Assembly (NCBI GenBank): GCA_964546765.1
Contig: CAZJKV010000003.1
Span: 1 to 51,330, forward strand
Direction: 5' to 3'
DNA: 51,330 nucleotides
DNA from: an uncultured Chromatiales bacterium
Lineage (GTDB): Bacteria; Pseudomonadota; Gammaproteobacteria; SZUA-140
Notes under the pieces: model-generated
Told to the model about the DNA's origin: nothing
What the model saw: the letters and a program-made list of their open reading frames with translations, nothing else
Database searches by the model: none
Part shown: positions 1-9,600 of the stretch, one piece after another
Layout: each line of letters begins with the position of its first letter
Position numbering within the stretch: position 1 is the stretch's first letter
Made by a program: the position numbers and the translations under genes

Positions 1-2
1 TC

Positions 3-215
3 GCACCGCTCGACAAGGTCGCGAACGTCGAAAAGAAGATGCCGAAGGGCTTCATTTCTAAGGACGGATTCGGCATCACCGCGGCGTGCCGGACCTATCT
101 CCTGCCCCTGATCAAGGGTGAGGACTACCCACCGTACAAAAACGGCCTGCCGCAGTACGTCCGCCTGAAGAACGCCGCCGTCCCGAAAAAGACCGGCCCC
201 TTCGACCTGAAATAA
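3..215 (+). CDS. pfp: 3' end (partial) of 6-phosphofructokinase, probably PPi-dependent
   Basis: Manual translation gives APLDKVANVEKKMPKGFISKDGFGITAACRTYLLPLIKGEDYPPYKNGLPQYVRLKN...DLK*, which resembles the C-terminus of proteobacterial PPi-PFKs. Not in the ORF track because it is truncated by the window edge. Confidence 0.75.
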   Translation, partial: APLDKVANVEKKMPKGFISKDGFGITAACRTYLLPLIKGEDYPPYKNGLPQYVRLKNAAVPKKTGPFDLK

Positions 216-231
216 GCCACGCAGATGGCAA

Positions 232-308
232 GCATCCCCCAACCCCCCTTCTGAAGAAGGGGGGCTATTCGCATCCCCCCTGCCACCCTTCGCAAGCGAA
301 GGGGGGTT
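232..308. repeat. Two tandem related GC-rich palindromes (REP-like or bidirectional terminator) between convergent genes
   Basis: Both units start GCATCCCCC (232, 271), then form hairpins CCCCCCTTC-TGAA-GAAGGGGGG and CCCTTCGC-AA-GCGAAGGG. Confidence 0.6.
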
Positions 309-325
309 GATTGATTGAGAGTGGG

Positions 326-2362
326 TTATCCCCCGAGCAGGGGCGCGATCACCAGGCTGACGATCGCCATCACGTTGATCAGGATGTTCATCGACGGGCC
401 TGACGTGTCCTTCAGCGGATCACCGACGGTGTCGCCGACGACGTTCGCGTGATGGACCTCGGAACCCTTGCCGCCGAAGTGGCCTTCCTCGACATACTTC
501 TTTGCGTTGTCCCAGGCGCCACCGGCGTTGGCCATCGTCAGCGCCAGCAATACGGCCGCGACCAGCGCCCCGCCGAGCATCCCGCCGAGCGCGTCCGCGC
601 CCATGCCGAAGCCGACCACGATCGGCGTCAGCACCGCGATCGCCGCCGGCAGCAGCATGCGTTTGATGGCCGCCGTCGTCGCGATATCGACGCAACGCAC
701 GGTATCCGGTTCGGCCTTGCCCTCGAGCAGGCCCGGGATCTCACGGAACTGCCGGCGAATCTCCTGGATCATCTCGAAGGCTGCATCGCCGACCGCCGTC
801 ATCGTGATCGAGGCAACCAGAAACGGTATGACCCCGCCGATGAACATGCCGATCAGCACGTTCGGATTGCTTATCTCGAGTTCAAAGTTCGGGATGCGGT
901 GGCTGACCTCGGCGATGTAGGCGTTGATCAGCGTCAGCGCCGCGAGCGCGGCGGCGCCAATTGCGAAGCCCTTGCCGATCGCCGCGGTAGTATTGCCGAG
1001 CTTGTCGAGGCTGTCGGTGATCGCCCGGGTCTCCTTGCCGAGACCGGCCATTTCGGCGATACCGCCGGCATTGTCGGCAACCGGTCCATAGGCGTCGATC
1101 GCCATCGTCATGCCGACCGTCGCCAGCATCGCGACCGCGGCGATACCGACGCCGTACAGTCCGGCCTGCCAGTTGGCGATGAAGATCATTGCGCAGATCG
1201 TCAACACCGGGATCACCACCGACATCATGCCGGTCGCGAGGCCGGAGATGATCACCGTCGCCGGCCCGGTCTCGCCCGATCGCGCGATCTCGCGGACGGG
1301 CTTGCCAGCGGTGTAATGCTCGGTGGACAGGCCGATAATCATGCCGCCGACGCCGCCGACGATGGTCGCCACCCAGACCGTCGCGGGGACGTCGATGGCC
1401 TGCATCAGGAAATACGAGAAGATGATGAAGCCCATCGCCGCAGTCATCGTGCCAATACGCAGCGCGACCTGCGGCGACATATTCGACACCGCGCGCACGA
1501 CGCAGATCGCAACGATCGAGCAGACCAGGCCGAGCGAGGACAGTAACAGCGGCAAGGCCATCAGGCTGGAGCCCGGGATCATCGCGTTGCCGATCGGCAC
1601 CATCGCGTGGTCGCCGCCGCCGGCCTGCAGCACCATCACCGTCGCCAGCGCGACCGTCGCGATCATCGCGCCGCAGTAGGATTCGAACAGATCCGATCCC
1701 ATACCGGCGACGTCGCCGACATTGTCGCCGACGTTGTCGGCAATCACGCCCGGATTGCGCGGGTCATCCTCGGGAATGCCGGCCTCGACCTTGCCGACCA
1801 GGTCGGCGCCGACGTCGGCGGATTTGGTGAAGATGCCGCCACCGACACGATAGAACAGGGCCACGACGCCGGCGCCCATCGCAAAGCCGTGAATCTTGTG
1901 CGCGGTCTCGGGGTCGGTGCCGAAGATCAGGTAAAGGGTACCGAGGCCGACCAGGCCCAGCGAGGCCAGCAGCAGCCCCATCACCGAACCGCCGTAAAAG
2001 GCCACGGTCAACGCCTTGCCCGCCCCGTGCTGATGGGCCGCGGTCGTCGTGCGCACGTTGGCGCGGGTCGTCGCCATCATGCCGAGGAAGCCGGCAAGCG
2101 CGGAGCAGACCGCGCCGACGAGGAACGAGATCGCGGTCTCGATACCGAGCGATGCGAACAGGCCGATGAAGATGACGACGACCGAAATCGAGATCAGGAT
2201 CAGCTCCCGGCGCATGAACGCCCATGCCCCTTCCCGGATCAGGGCGGCGATCTGGCCGGCGCGTCCCTCCATGACCGGAAACGACATGACGATACGGAAC
2301 AGGATGAAGGCTGTCGCCAGTCCAACCAGGCCGAGCAGCGGCGGGATAAGGCTGACAATCAT
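326..2362 (-). CDS. hppA: Membrane-bound ion-translocating pyrophosphatase, K+-dependent, likely Na+-pumping
   Basis: Motifs [30 protein letters not shown] and [20 protein letters not shown] (Ala, K+-dependent type) and DLFESY (Glu typical of Na+-PPases). Many TM segments. Confidence 0.95.
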   Translation of the reverse strand: MIVSLIPPLLGLVGLATAFILFRIVMSFPVMEGRAGQIAALIREGAWAFMRRELILISISVVVIFIGLFASLGIETAISFLVGAVCSALAGFLGMMATTRANVRTTTAAHQHGAGKALTVAFYGGSVMGLLLASLGLVGLGTLYLIFGTDPETAHKIHGFAMGAGVVALFYRVGGGIFTKSADVGADLVGKVEAGIPEDDPRNPGVIADNVGDNVGDVAGMGSDLFESYCGAMIATVALATVMVLQAGGGDHAMVPIGNAMIPGSSLMALPLLLSSLGLVCSIVAICVVRAVSNMSPQVALRIGTMTAAMGFIIFSYFLMQAIDVPATVWVATIVGGVGGMIIGLSTEHYTAGKPVREIARSGETGPATVIISGLATGMMSVVIPVLTICAMIFIANWQAGLYGVGIAAVAMLATVGMTMAIDAYGPVADNAGGIAEMAGLGKETRAITDSLDKLGNTTAAIGKGFAIGAAALAALTLINAYIAEVSHRIPNFELEISNPNVLIGMFIGGVIPFLVASITMTAVGDAAFEMIQEIRRQFREIPGLLEGKAEPDTVRCVDIATTAAIKRMLLPAAIAVLTPIVVGFGMGADALGGMLGGALVAAVLLALTMANAGGAWDNAKKYVEEGHFGGKGSEVHHANVVGDTVGDPLKDTSGPSMNILINVMAIVSLVIAPLLGG

Positions 2363-2666
2363 TCCGCCTCCCTTGCCGCGCGGGCGCTACTGACGACAAT
2401 TTCCGCTGGATCCGCTTGCGGTGATACCAGTTCTGCATTGACCATGAAATCCTCACGCAGGTTATAGTGATCGAGAACTGCGAGGACCACGGCCCGGAGA
2501 GGCGCAAGCAGCGTGCCGACGGGACTGTCAGTCCTCTTCTTCCATACACACCAGGGGCGGCCTGGTCAGGTACTGCCTACAGCCGCCTGGGCCATAGGAC
2601 GCCGATGGGTACGTCAGCATATGTAAATTACCGAAAGCGCGCAATCGCCGACCGAGGCATCGGGCA

Positions 2667-3548
2667 ATGAGCGCGGCGCATGCCAGCGGCCGTCTGCTGT
2701 GGTGGTGCGTCGCGCTGACCCTTTCGCTCGCCGTCGTCGAGGCGATCGGCGGCTGGTGGGCCGGTTCGCTGGCCCTGCTGAGCGATGCCGCGCACATGCT
2801 GTCCGACGCCACCGCGCTGGGACTCGCCGCGCTCGCCGCGCATGTCGCCCTGCGGCCACCGTCAGCGCGCCATTCCTTCGGACTGGTGCGCGCCGAGGTG
2901 CTGGCCGCGCTGACCAACAGCGTGTTCATGCTGGCCGTGATCGCCGGCATTGTCTGGCACGCGATCGATCGCTTGCTCGAGCCGCAGCCGGTCGCCGGCG
3001 GCGTCGTCATCGCGATCGCGCTGGTCGGCCTTGCGGTCAATCTCGTCGTGTTCTGGCTGCTGCACCGCGGCGTGCAGACGCTGAACATCCGCGGCGCGCT
3101 ACTGCATGTGATCGGCGACCTGCTCGGCTCGATCGCCGCGCTGGCCTCCGGCCTCGTGATCTGGCTGACCGGCTGGACGCCGATCGACCCGCTGCTGTCG
3201 TTCCTGATCTGCGCGCTGATCCTGGTCTCGAGCCTGCGGCTGCTGCGAGATGTCGTCCACGTGATCATGGAGGGCGTGCCCAGACACGTCGACCTGCCCG
3301 AGGTCGGCCGTGCGATGGCGGCCCGCCGCGGTGTCCGCGAGGTCCACGACCTTCATATCTGGATGGTGTCGAGCGAGCTGACCGTGCTCTCCGCCCATGT
3401 CGTCCTCGACGACCTCACGCGCTGGGAAGCGATCCTCGACGACCTGCGAGGACTGCTGCTGGAGCAGTACGGGATAGAACACGTGACACTGCAACCCGAA
3501 CCGGCGTCCCGCACCGCCCGCATGATCCGCATGGACAAGCCCGTTTGA
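2667..3548 (+). CDS. Cation diffusion facilitator (CzcD/ZitB-like Zn/Co/Cd exporter)
   Basis: SLALLSDAAHMLSD, LHVIGDLLGS, VHDLHIW and IEHVTLQPE motifs. Confidence 0.92.
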   Translation: MSAAHASGRLLWWCVALTLSLAVVEAIGGWWAGSLALLSDAAHMLSDATALGLAALAAHVALRPPSARHSFGLVRAEVLAALTNSVFMLAVIAGIVWHAIDRLLEPQPVAGGVVIAIALVGLAVNLVVFWLLHRGVQTLNIRGALLHVIGDLLGSIAALASGLVIWLTGWTPIDPLLSFLICALILVSSLRLLRDVVHVIMEGVPRHVDLPEVGRAMAARRGVREVHDLHIWMVSSELTVLSAHVVLDDLTRWEAILDDLRGLLLEQYGIEHVTLQPEPASRTARMIRMDKPV

Positions 3549-3659
3549 TCCGGGCATTTCCCGGATTTTTCTGCTAGGATATTCACCATTCTCCGGCGTC
3601 CGCACGGACCGCCGGCCATAACCATAACCCAGTACCCAACCTTGTTCCGGGAGCCACCC

Positions 3660-4871
3660 ATGTCCAGACTGGTCAGACCCCATGGCAGCGATGCGCTGAA
3701 GCCGTTACTGCTCTCAGGCGCGGCGCTCGCCGACGAACGCAAGCGCGCGGCCTCGCTGCCGCAGCTGAACATCAGCTCGCGCGAGGCCGGCGACCTTGTG
3801 ATGCTCGGCATCGGCGGCTTCACGCCGCTCGACGGCTTCATGGGTCAGGCCGACTGGCAGGGGGTCTGCGACGACTTCCGGCTCGCGAACGGCCTGTTCT
3901 GGCCGATCCCGATAACGCTGTCCGCCGACCGCGCCTTCGCCGACGACATCGCGAACGGGAGCGAGATCGCGCTCATTCATAACGGCGAGTTGATGGCGAC
4001 GATGAAGGTCGCCGAGAAGTATGCGATCGACAAGGAACACGAATGCCATACCGTGTTCCGCACCACCGACACCGCGCACCCCGGCGTGCAGATGGTGATG
4101 GCGCAGGGCGAGGTCAATCTCGCCGGGCCGGTCAAGGTGCTGTCCGAGGGCGACTTCGCCGAGCGTTTCCCCGGCATCTACATGACCCCGGCGCAGACCC
4201 GCGCGCTGTTCGAGGCCAAGGGCTGGGGCACCGTCGCCGCATTCCAGACCCGCAATCCGATGCACCGCTCGCACGAGTATCTGGCGAAGATCGCGATCGA
4301 GATCTGCGACGGCTTGCTGATCCACTCGCTGCTCGGCGCGCTGAAGCCGGGCGACATCCCGGCCGAGGTGCGCAGCCGCGCGATCGATGCGCTGGTGAAG
4401 GGCTATTTCGTCGACAACACAGTGGTCCAGGCCGGCTACCCGCTCGACATGCGTTATGCTGGTCCGCGCGAGGCGCTGCTGCATGCGCTCTTCCGTCAGA
4501 ACTACGGCTGCTCACACCTGATCGTCGGCCGCGACCATGCCGGCGTCGGCGAATACTACGGGCCGTTCGACGCGCATCACATCTTCGACGAGATCCCCGA
4601 GGGCGCGCTCGAGACGAAGCCGCTCAAGATCGACTGGACCTTCTGGTGTTACAAGTGCAACGGCATGGCGTCGATGCGCACCTGCCCGCACGAGGGCGGC
4701 GACCGCCTGATGCTGTCCGGCACCAAGCTGCGCAAGGGCTTGTCGGAAGGCGAACACATCCCCGAAGAATTCAGCCGCCCCGAGGTGCTCAAGGTGCTGC
4801 GCGACTACTACGCGAACATCAAGGACGAAGACCGCGTCGAGGTCAAGCTGAGCGGGCACTCGGCAAAGTAA
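3660..4871 (+). CDS. sat: Sulfate adenylyltransferase (ATP sulfurylase, homo-oligomeric Sat type)
   Basis: [33 protein letters not shown] and GRDHAGVG motifs. ATG at 3660 follows a GGAG RBS. Confidence 0.96.
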   Translation: MSRLVRPHGSDALKPLLLSGAALADERKRAASLPQLNISSREAGDLVMLGIGGFTPLDGFMGQADWQGVCDDFRLANGLFWPIPITLSADRAFADDIANGSEIALIHNGELMATMKVAEKYAIDKEHECHTVFRTTDTAHPGVQMVMAQGEVNLAGPVKVLSEGDFAERFPGIYMTPAQTRALFEAKGWGTVAAFQTRNPMHRSHEYLAKIAIEICDGLLIHSLLGALKPGDIPAEVRSRAIDALVKGYFVDNTVVQAGYPLDMRYAGPREALLHALFRQNYGCSHLIVGRDHAGVGEYYGPFDAHHIFDEIPEGALETKPLKIDWTFWCYKCNGMASMRTCPHEGGDRLMLSGTKLRKGLSEGEHIPEEFSRPEVLKVLRDYYANIKDEDRVEVKLSGHSAK

Positions 4872-4875
4872 GTAA

Positions 4876-6267
4876 CTACTGCAGCAGGATGAACAGCGCC
4901 GCCTCGCCGCGGCGGATGTTCAGCAGGACGCTGCCGTGCTCCGGGCTGACGGACTGCTGCAGTTCCTCCAGTGAGCGAATCCCGCGGCGGTTGACCGATA
5001 CCACGACGTCGCCCGGTCGCAATCCGCCGCGCGCGGCGCGGCTGTCCGCCTCGACCTCGGTGATCATCACGCCTTCGACGCGCCCGTAGAGCGGCGAACT
5101 CTCGTCGATCTCGCCGAAGCGCGCACCGGCGATGCGTGCATTCAGCGCCTCGCCATCGACCCGGGCCCGCGGGGGTTCAGCGATGCGCGCGGTCAGGACT
5201 TCGCGCTTGCCGTCACGCAGGACTTCGATCTCCAGCGTATCGCCGATGGACAGCAGGCCGATTGCGGTGCGGAGTTCCGTCTCGCTGCGAATCGCGCGAC
5301 TGTTGATGCGGGTGACGATATCGCCGCTCACGACGCCGGCCTGCGCCGCCGGTGTGCCCTCCCCGACCTGCACGACGACGACACCCGGGCGGAATTCGCG
5401 CAAGCCGAAGGCCTGCGCCAGTTCGGGCGTCAGATTCTGTACCGAGATGCCAAGCTGCCCGCGCCTGACCTCACCGTGCTCGATCAACTGGGTCATGACC
5501 TGATGGGCCATGTTACTCGGGATCGCGAAGCCGATGCCGACGTTGCCGCCGCCCGGCGCAAGGATCGCGGTATTGATGCCGGTCAACTCGCCGCGCAGGT
5601 TGACCAGCGCACCACCGGAGTTGCCGGGATTGATCGACGCATCGGTCTGGATGAAGTCCTGCAGGCCCTCGAGGCCAAGCCCGCTGCGGCCGAGCGCACT
5701 GACGATGCCCGAGGTCACGGTATGGCCGAGGCCGAAGGGATTGCCGATCGCGACCACGAAGTCACCAACACGCAGGCGGTCGGAGTCGGCGAGCGGGATC
5801 CCGGTCAGGCCCTCGGCCGGGATGCGGATCACCGCGAGATCGACCTGCGGGTCAGCCCCGATCACCTCTGCGGTCAGGCGCCGGCCGTCCATCAGCGTGA
5901 CCTGGATCTCGGTCGCGCGGTCGATGACATGGTTGTTGGTCAGCACATAGCCCTGCCGGGCATCGATGATGACACCCGAGCCCAGGCTCTGTGCCCGGCG
6001 CTCGCGTGGCTGCTGCGGCAGGTCGAAGAACCTGCGGAAGAACGGGTCGCGCATCAGCGGACTGGTCTGGACCTGGACTCGGCTCACGGTCGAGATATTT
6101 ACGACGGCCGGCATGATGCGCTCGAGCATCGGTGCAAGCGTCGGCAGATCCTCACCTTGGGAATCGATTGCGGGCAACGTGGCAGAGGCGCTCGCGGACC
6201 ACAACGCGCCGGACAGCGCGGCCACCAGCAGGGACACAACTATCGCGCGAGACCTGAACTTCAACAT
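4876..6267 (-). CDS. degQ: DegQ/DegP (HtrA) periplasmic serine protease with two PDZ domains
   Basis: LTNNHV and IQTDASINPGNSGG motifs plus a signal peptide. Start moved to ATG 6267 because of an AGGAGG RBS. Confidence 0.93.
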   Translation of the reverse strand: MLKFRSRAIVVSLLVAALSGALWSASASATLPAIDSQGEDLPTLAPMLERIMPAVVNISTVSRVQVQTSPLMRDPFFRRFFDLPQQPRERRAQSLGSGVIIDARQGYVLTNNHVIDRATEIQVTLMDGRRLTAEVIGADPQVDLAVIRIPAEGLTGIPLADSDRLRVGDFVVAIGNPFGLGHTVTSGIVSALGRSGLGLEGLQDFIQTDASINPGNSGGALVNLRGELTGINTAILAPGGGNVGIGFAIPSNMAHQVMTQLIEHGEVRRGQLGISVQNLTPELAQAFGLREFRPGVVVVQVGEGTPAAQAGVVSGDIVTRINSRAIRSETELRTAIGLLSIGDTLEIEVLRDGKREVLTARIAEPPRARVDGEALNARIAGARFGEIDESSPLYGRVEGVMITEVEADSRAARGGLRPGDVVVSVNRRGIRSLEELQQSVSPEHGSVLLNIRRGEAALFILLQ

Positions 6268-6342
6268 GACTTCCTCCTGATCAGCCTGTTGGGATGTGCA
6301 TGCCCACCGCTCCGATTTCAAGCCCGGGCCGGTTTCGCGGAC

Positions 6343-6395
6343 TTGTCCACAGCTTGTCCATAGGGTGTGCACCGGTAGTGCAGGGCTTCCCCACA
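6343..6395 (+). promoter_or_regulatory. Cluster of DnaA-box-like 9-mers
   Basis: TTGTCCACA (6343), TTGTCCATA (6354) and TTCCCCACA (6387), compared with consensus TTATCCACA. They lie upstream of an RNR gene. Confidence 0.45.
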
Positions 6396-6400
6396 GGCAA

Positions 6401-6416
6401 ACACAACATCTAGTGT
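6401..6416. promoter_or_regulatory. NrdR box 1
   Basis: ACACAACATCTAGTGT matches the NrdR palindrome acaCwAtATaTwGtgt and lies upstream of nrdJ. Confidence 0.8.
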
Positions 6417-6549
6417 CCATCGGTTTTGCCGACGCCTTGCCCACTGTCCCGCGAATCGCGCGCGGGTGTCTTTGGGGAAGTTTCATAACTATTTGTAATA
6501 TAATATAAATTATTCTCGACCCTGAGCTTGAAAAAATATTTTCCGGGCC

Positions 6550-6578
6550 TTGACTGGACCCGGCAATGGTCCTAAAGT
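6550..6578 (+). promoter_or_regulatory. Sigma70-type promoter of nrdJab
   Basis: TTGACT (6550-6555), 17 nt spacer, TAAAGT (6573-6578), immediately upstream of NrdR box 2. Confidence 0.65.
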
Positions 6579-6589
6579 TGCCGGCTTGA

Positions 6590-6605
6590 ACACAACATCT
6601 TGTGT
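6590..6605. promoter_or_regulatory. NrdR box 2
   Basis: ACACAACATCTTGTGT is 15/16 identical to box 1 and sits just downstream of the predicted transcription start. Confidence 0.85.
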
Positions 6606-6662
6606 CAGGCGTCCGGCCCGCCCGGAATTATAACGAGAACTAGTGAAGGAGTACCGCCGACC

Positions 6663-9600
6663 ATGGAGCAGCAAGCCCATCTTCGTGTCGTTTCCACCCC
6701 CGCTACCGAAATCCCGCTGCAGACCGCTTCCCAGGACATCTGGGACAAGAAATACCGCCTGAAGACCAAGGACGGGCGGATCCTCGACCAGACCATCGAC
6801 GATACCTTCAAGCGGATCGCGCGCGCGCTGTCCGAGGTCGAGGAGTCCGCGGAGAAACGCGAGCGGTGGTACGAGCAGTTCCTGTGGGCGCTGCGCCACG
6901 GCGCGATCCCGGCCGGCCGCATCGTCTCGAACGCCGGCGCGCTCGAGCACAAGCCGGCGACGTCGACGATCAACTGCACGGTGTCCGGCACGATCGAGGA
7001 CTCGATGGACGGGATCCTGAGGCGGGTGCACGAGGCGGGGCTGACGCTGAAGGCTGGTTGTGTCGCGCCGGACACGAAGGTGATCACGGAGCGGGGCGTC
7101 GTCACGGCCCGGTGTGCCGTGGAAGAGCGTCACGCCTCGATGCTCTGCTACGACCGCGACAGCGGACGTTTCGAGATGCGCGCGATCGAGCGCCACATGA
7201 CCACCCATGTGCCGCAGGCGGAAAACATCGAGATCGTGTCGAACGGCGTGGCGCTGAAGACCTCGATCAAGCACCCTGTGTTGGTCTTCCGGAATGATGA
7301 ACTCATCTATGTTCGCGCCGACGAGATCAATGCGAACGATGCCCTGGTCCACCATGCCTTCCTCTGGCAGGCCGACGAGTCACAGGCGGCCGAGGCGTGG
7401 TTCACGGGCGCGCATCTCGGCGACGGCAGCGCCTATGAAAAACGTTTCGAATACCACCCGGCCAGAAAGGCCTGGGCCACGAAGGCGCGCGCGGCAGGTC
7501 GCCGCCTCGTGTTCAAGATCCGCGCCGCGGAGCGGGAAGTGGTCGAGCGTTATGCCACCTTCTTCAATGCCTTCTGCGGCTCGCGGGCGAAGGTCGTCGC
7601 GGCAGCGACGCCGAACGGCACGCCGATATGGGATTACACCGTCTCCAGTTTCGAGGCGAGCCGGGCGGCCAGCCTGATCGATAACCAGACCGGGAAGAAG
7701 AGCGCCGACCTGCACGTCCCGGCCTGGATCTCGGCGCATCCCGACAGGCATTTCCTTCCCTTCCTCGCGGGCCTCATCGATACCGACGGCACTGTCGGCA
7801 AGGAGACCGGCAGTGTATGGATCGCGATGCAGAACCCGTCGTTCGCCGAACAGCTGAAGACCCTGCTCGGCATGTTCGGCGTATATGGCGCGATTACTAT
7901 ACGGAAGCCGCGCGAACATCACTACCACGGCAAGCTCATCCGCGACGCCGGCGGCGCGATGCTGAAGATCAGCGATTCAGCGTTTCTGGCCCGCGTCGCC
8001 GCGTACATGGCGGACAGCGGCAAGCGCGGCCGCATCACCAACCATGCGACGACGTCCGGACAGTACGACCGCTACCGGATGCCCGCGCGACTTTCGGAGG
8101 CATTGAGCGCCGAAGCGGACCGGCTCGGTCATCGCGAGCGGCAGACGCTCGGCTTCTATCACGGCTATCACCGCAAGGAGACGATCAGCCGGGTCTGGAT
8201 CGATCGCTGGAGCGAGCGTTTCCCGCATCTGCGCCCGCTGCTCGACTTCGCCCGCACACTGCGTCCAGTCGAGGCGATTCACCGCAACCTGGACATCGGC
8301 GAGACCTTCTACGACTTCACCGTCGAAAAGCACCACAACTACCTTGCCGGCGAGAACGGCTTCATGGTCATCCATAACTGCGGCATCGGCTATGACTTTT
8401 CGACGCTGCGCCCGCGTGGCGGCTATGTCTCCGGCGCCGGCGCCTATACCTCCGGGCCGATGTCGTTCATGGATATCTACGACAAGATGTGCTTCACGGT
8501 GTCGTCGGCCGGCGGGCGGCGCGGCGCGCAGATGGGCACCTTCGACATCGGCCATCCCGACGTCATCGATTTCATTCGCGCGAAGCGCGAAAACGGCCGG
8601 CTGCGCCAGTTCAACCTGTCGCTGCTGATCACCGACGAGTTCATGCACGCGGTGAAGAACGACCAGCAGTGGCGGCTCGCGTTCCCGCTGCCGGCGCGCG
8701 TGGCCGAGAGCGGCGAGATCGACCTCAACGATCCCGACAAGGTCGTGTGGCGCGAGTGGCCGATCACCAAGGGCTATCTCGTCAACGAGGCCGGCCTCGT
8801 CGCCTGCAAGGTCGAGCGCATGATCAAGGCGCGCCGCCTGTGGGACCTGATCATGACCTCGACCTACGACTTCGCCGAACCGGGCTTCATCCTGATCGAC
8901 AAGTACAACGAGATGAACAACAACTGGTTCTGCGAGAACATCCGCGCGACCAATCCTTGCGTAACCGCGGACACCTGGGTGCAGACGGCACACGGCCCGC
9001 GCCAGGTCGGCGAACTGGTCGGTACATCGTTTCTTGCCCGTGTCGACGGCGAGGACCATGCGACCGGCCCCGAAGGCTTCTTCAAGACCGCCGACAAGGC
9101 GGTCGTGCGCATCACCACACGCGAGGGCTATCAGCTGCGCCTGACCGATGATCATCGCGTGCGCCGTGTGACGCGTTTCACGCGGTATATCACCGATACC
9201 GAGTGGTGTGCCGCGGGAGATCTCCGTCCCGGCGACCGCGTGTTGCTGAACGATCATCGCTCGAATCCCGCGTGGCCAGGCGCGTATGGCAAGAACGAGG
9301 GCTACCTGATCGGACTCCTTGTCGGCGATGGCACGCTGAAGCGCGACGCCGCCGTATTGTCGGTCTGGATGCCGGCCGCAGCCGTAAACGGAACACCGGT
9401 CTCGACCGGCGTGGACGGCGTCATGGCGCGCGCCCTCGCCGCCTGTGAGAGCTTGCGTACGCGCGCCGACTTCACCGGCTGGCGCGAAGTCACCGGCCGT
9501 AACGAATACCGCCTGAGCGCCGCGGCGATCAAGCATCTGGCAGACGAACTCGAACTTGCGCCCGGCCGCAAGACCGTGACACCGGCAATCGAGCGTACAT

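Noticed and set aside
6438-6482. Possible cobalamin riboswitch upstream of B12-dependent nrdJ (GCCCACTG...GGGAAG)
   Set aside because: No downstream B12 box (AGYCAGRAGACC) and no recognisable 5' core. The region is better explained by NrdR boxes and a promoter.
6340-6545. Replication origin (DnaA-like boxes plus AT-rich tract)
   Set aside because: Only three imperfect boxes and no dnaA, gidA or parAB context. Regulatory sites for nrdJ are more plausible.
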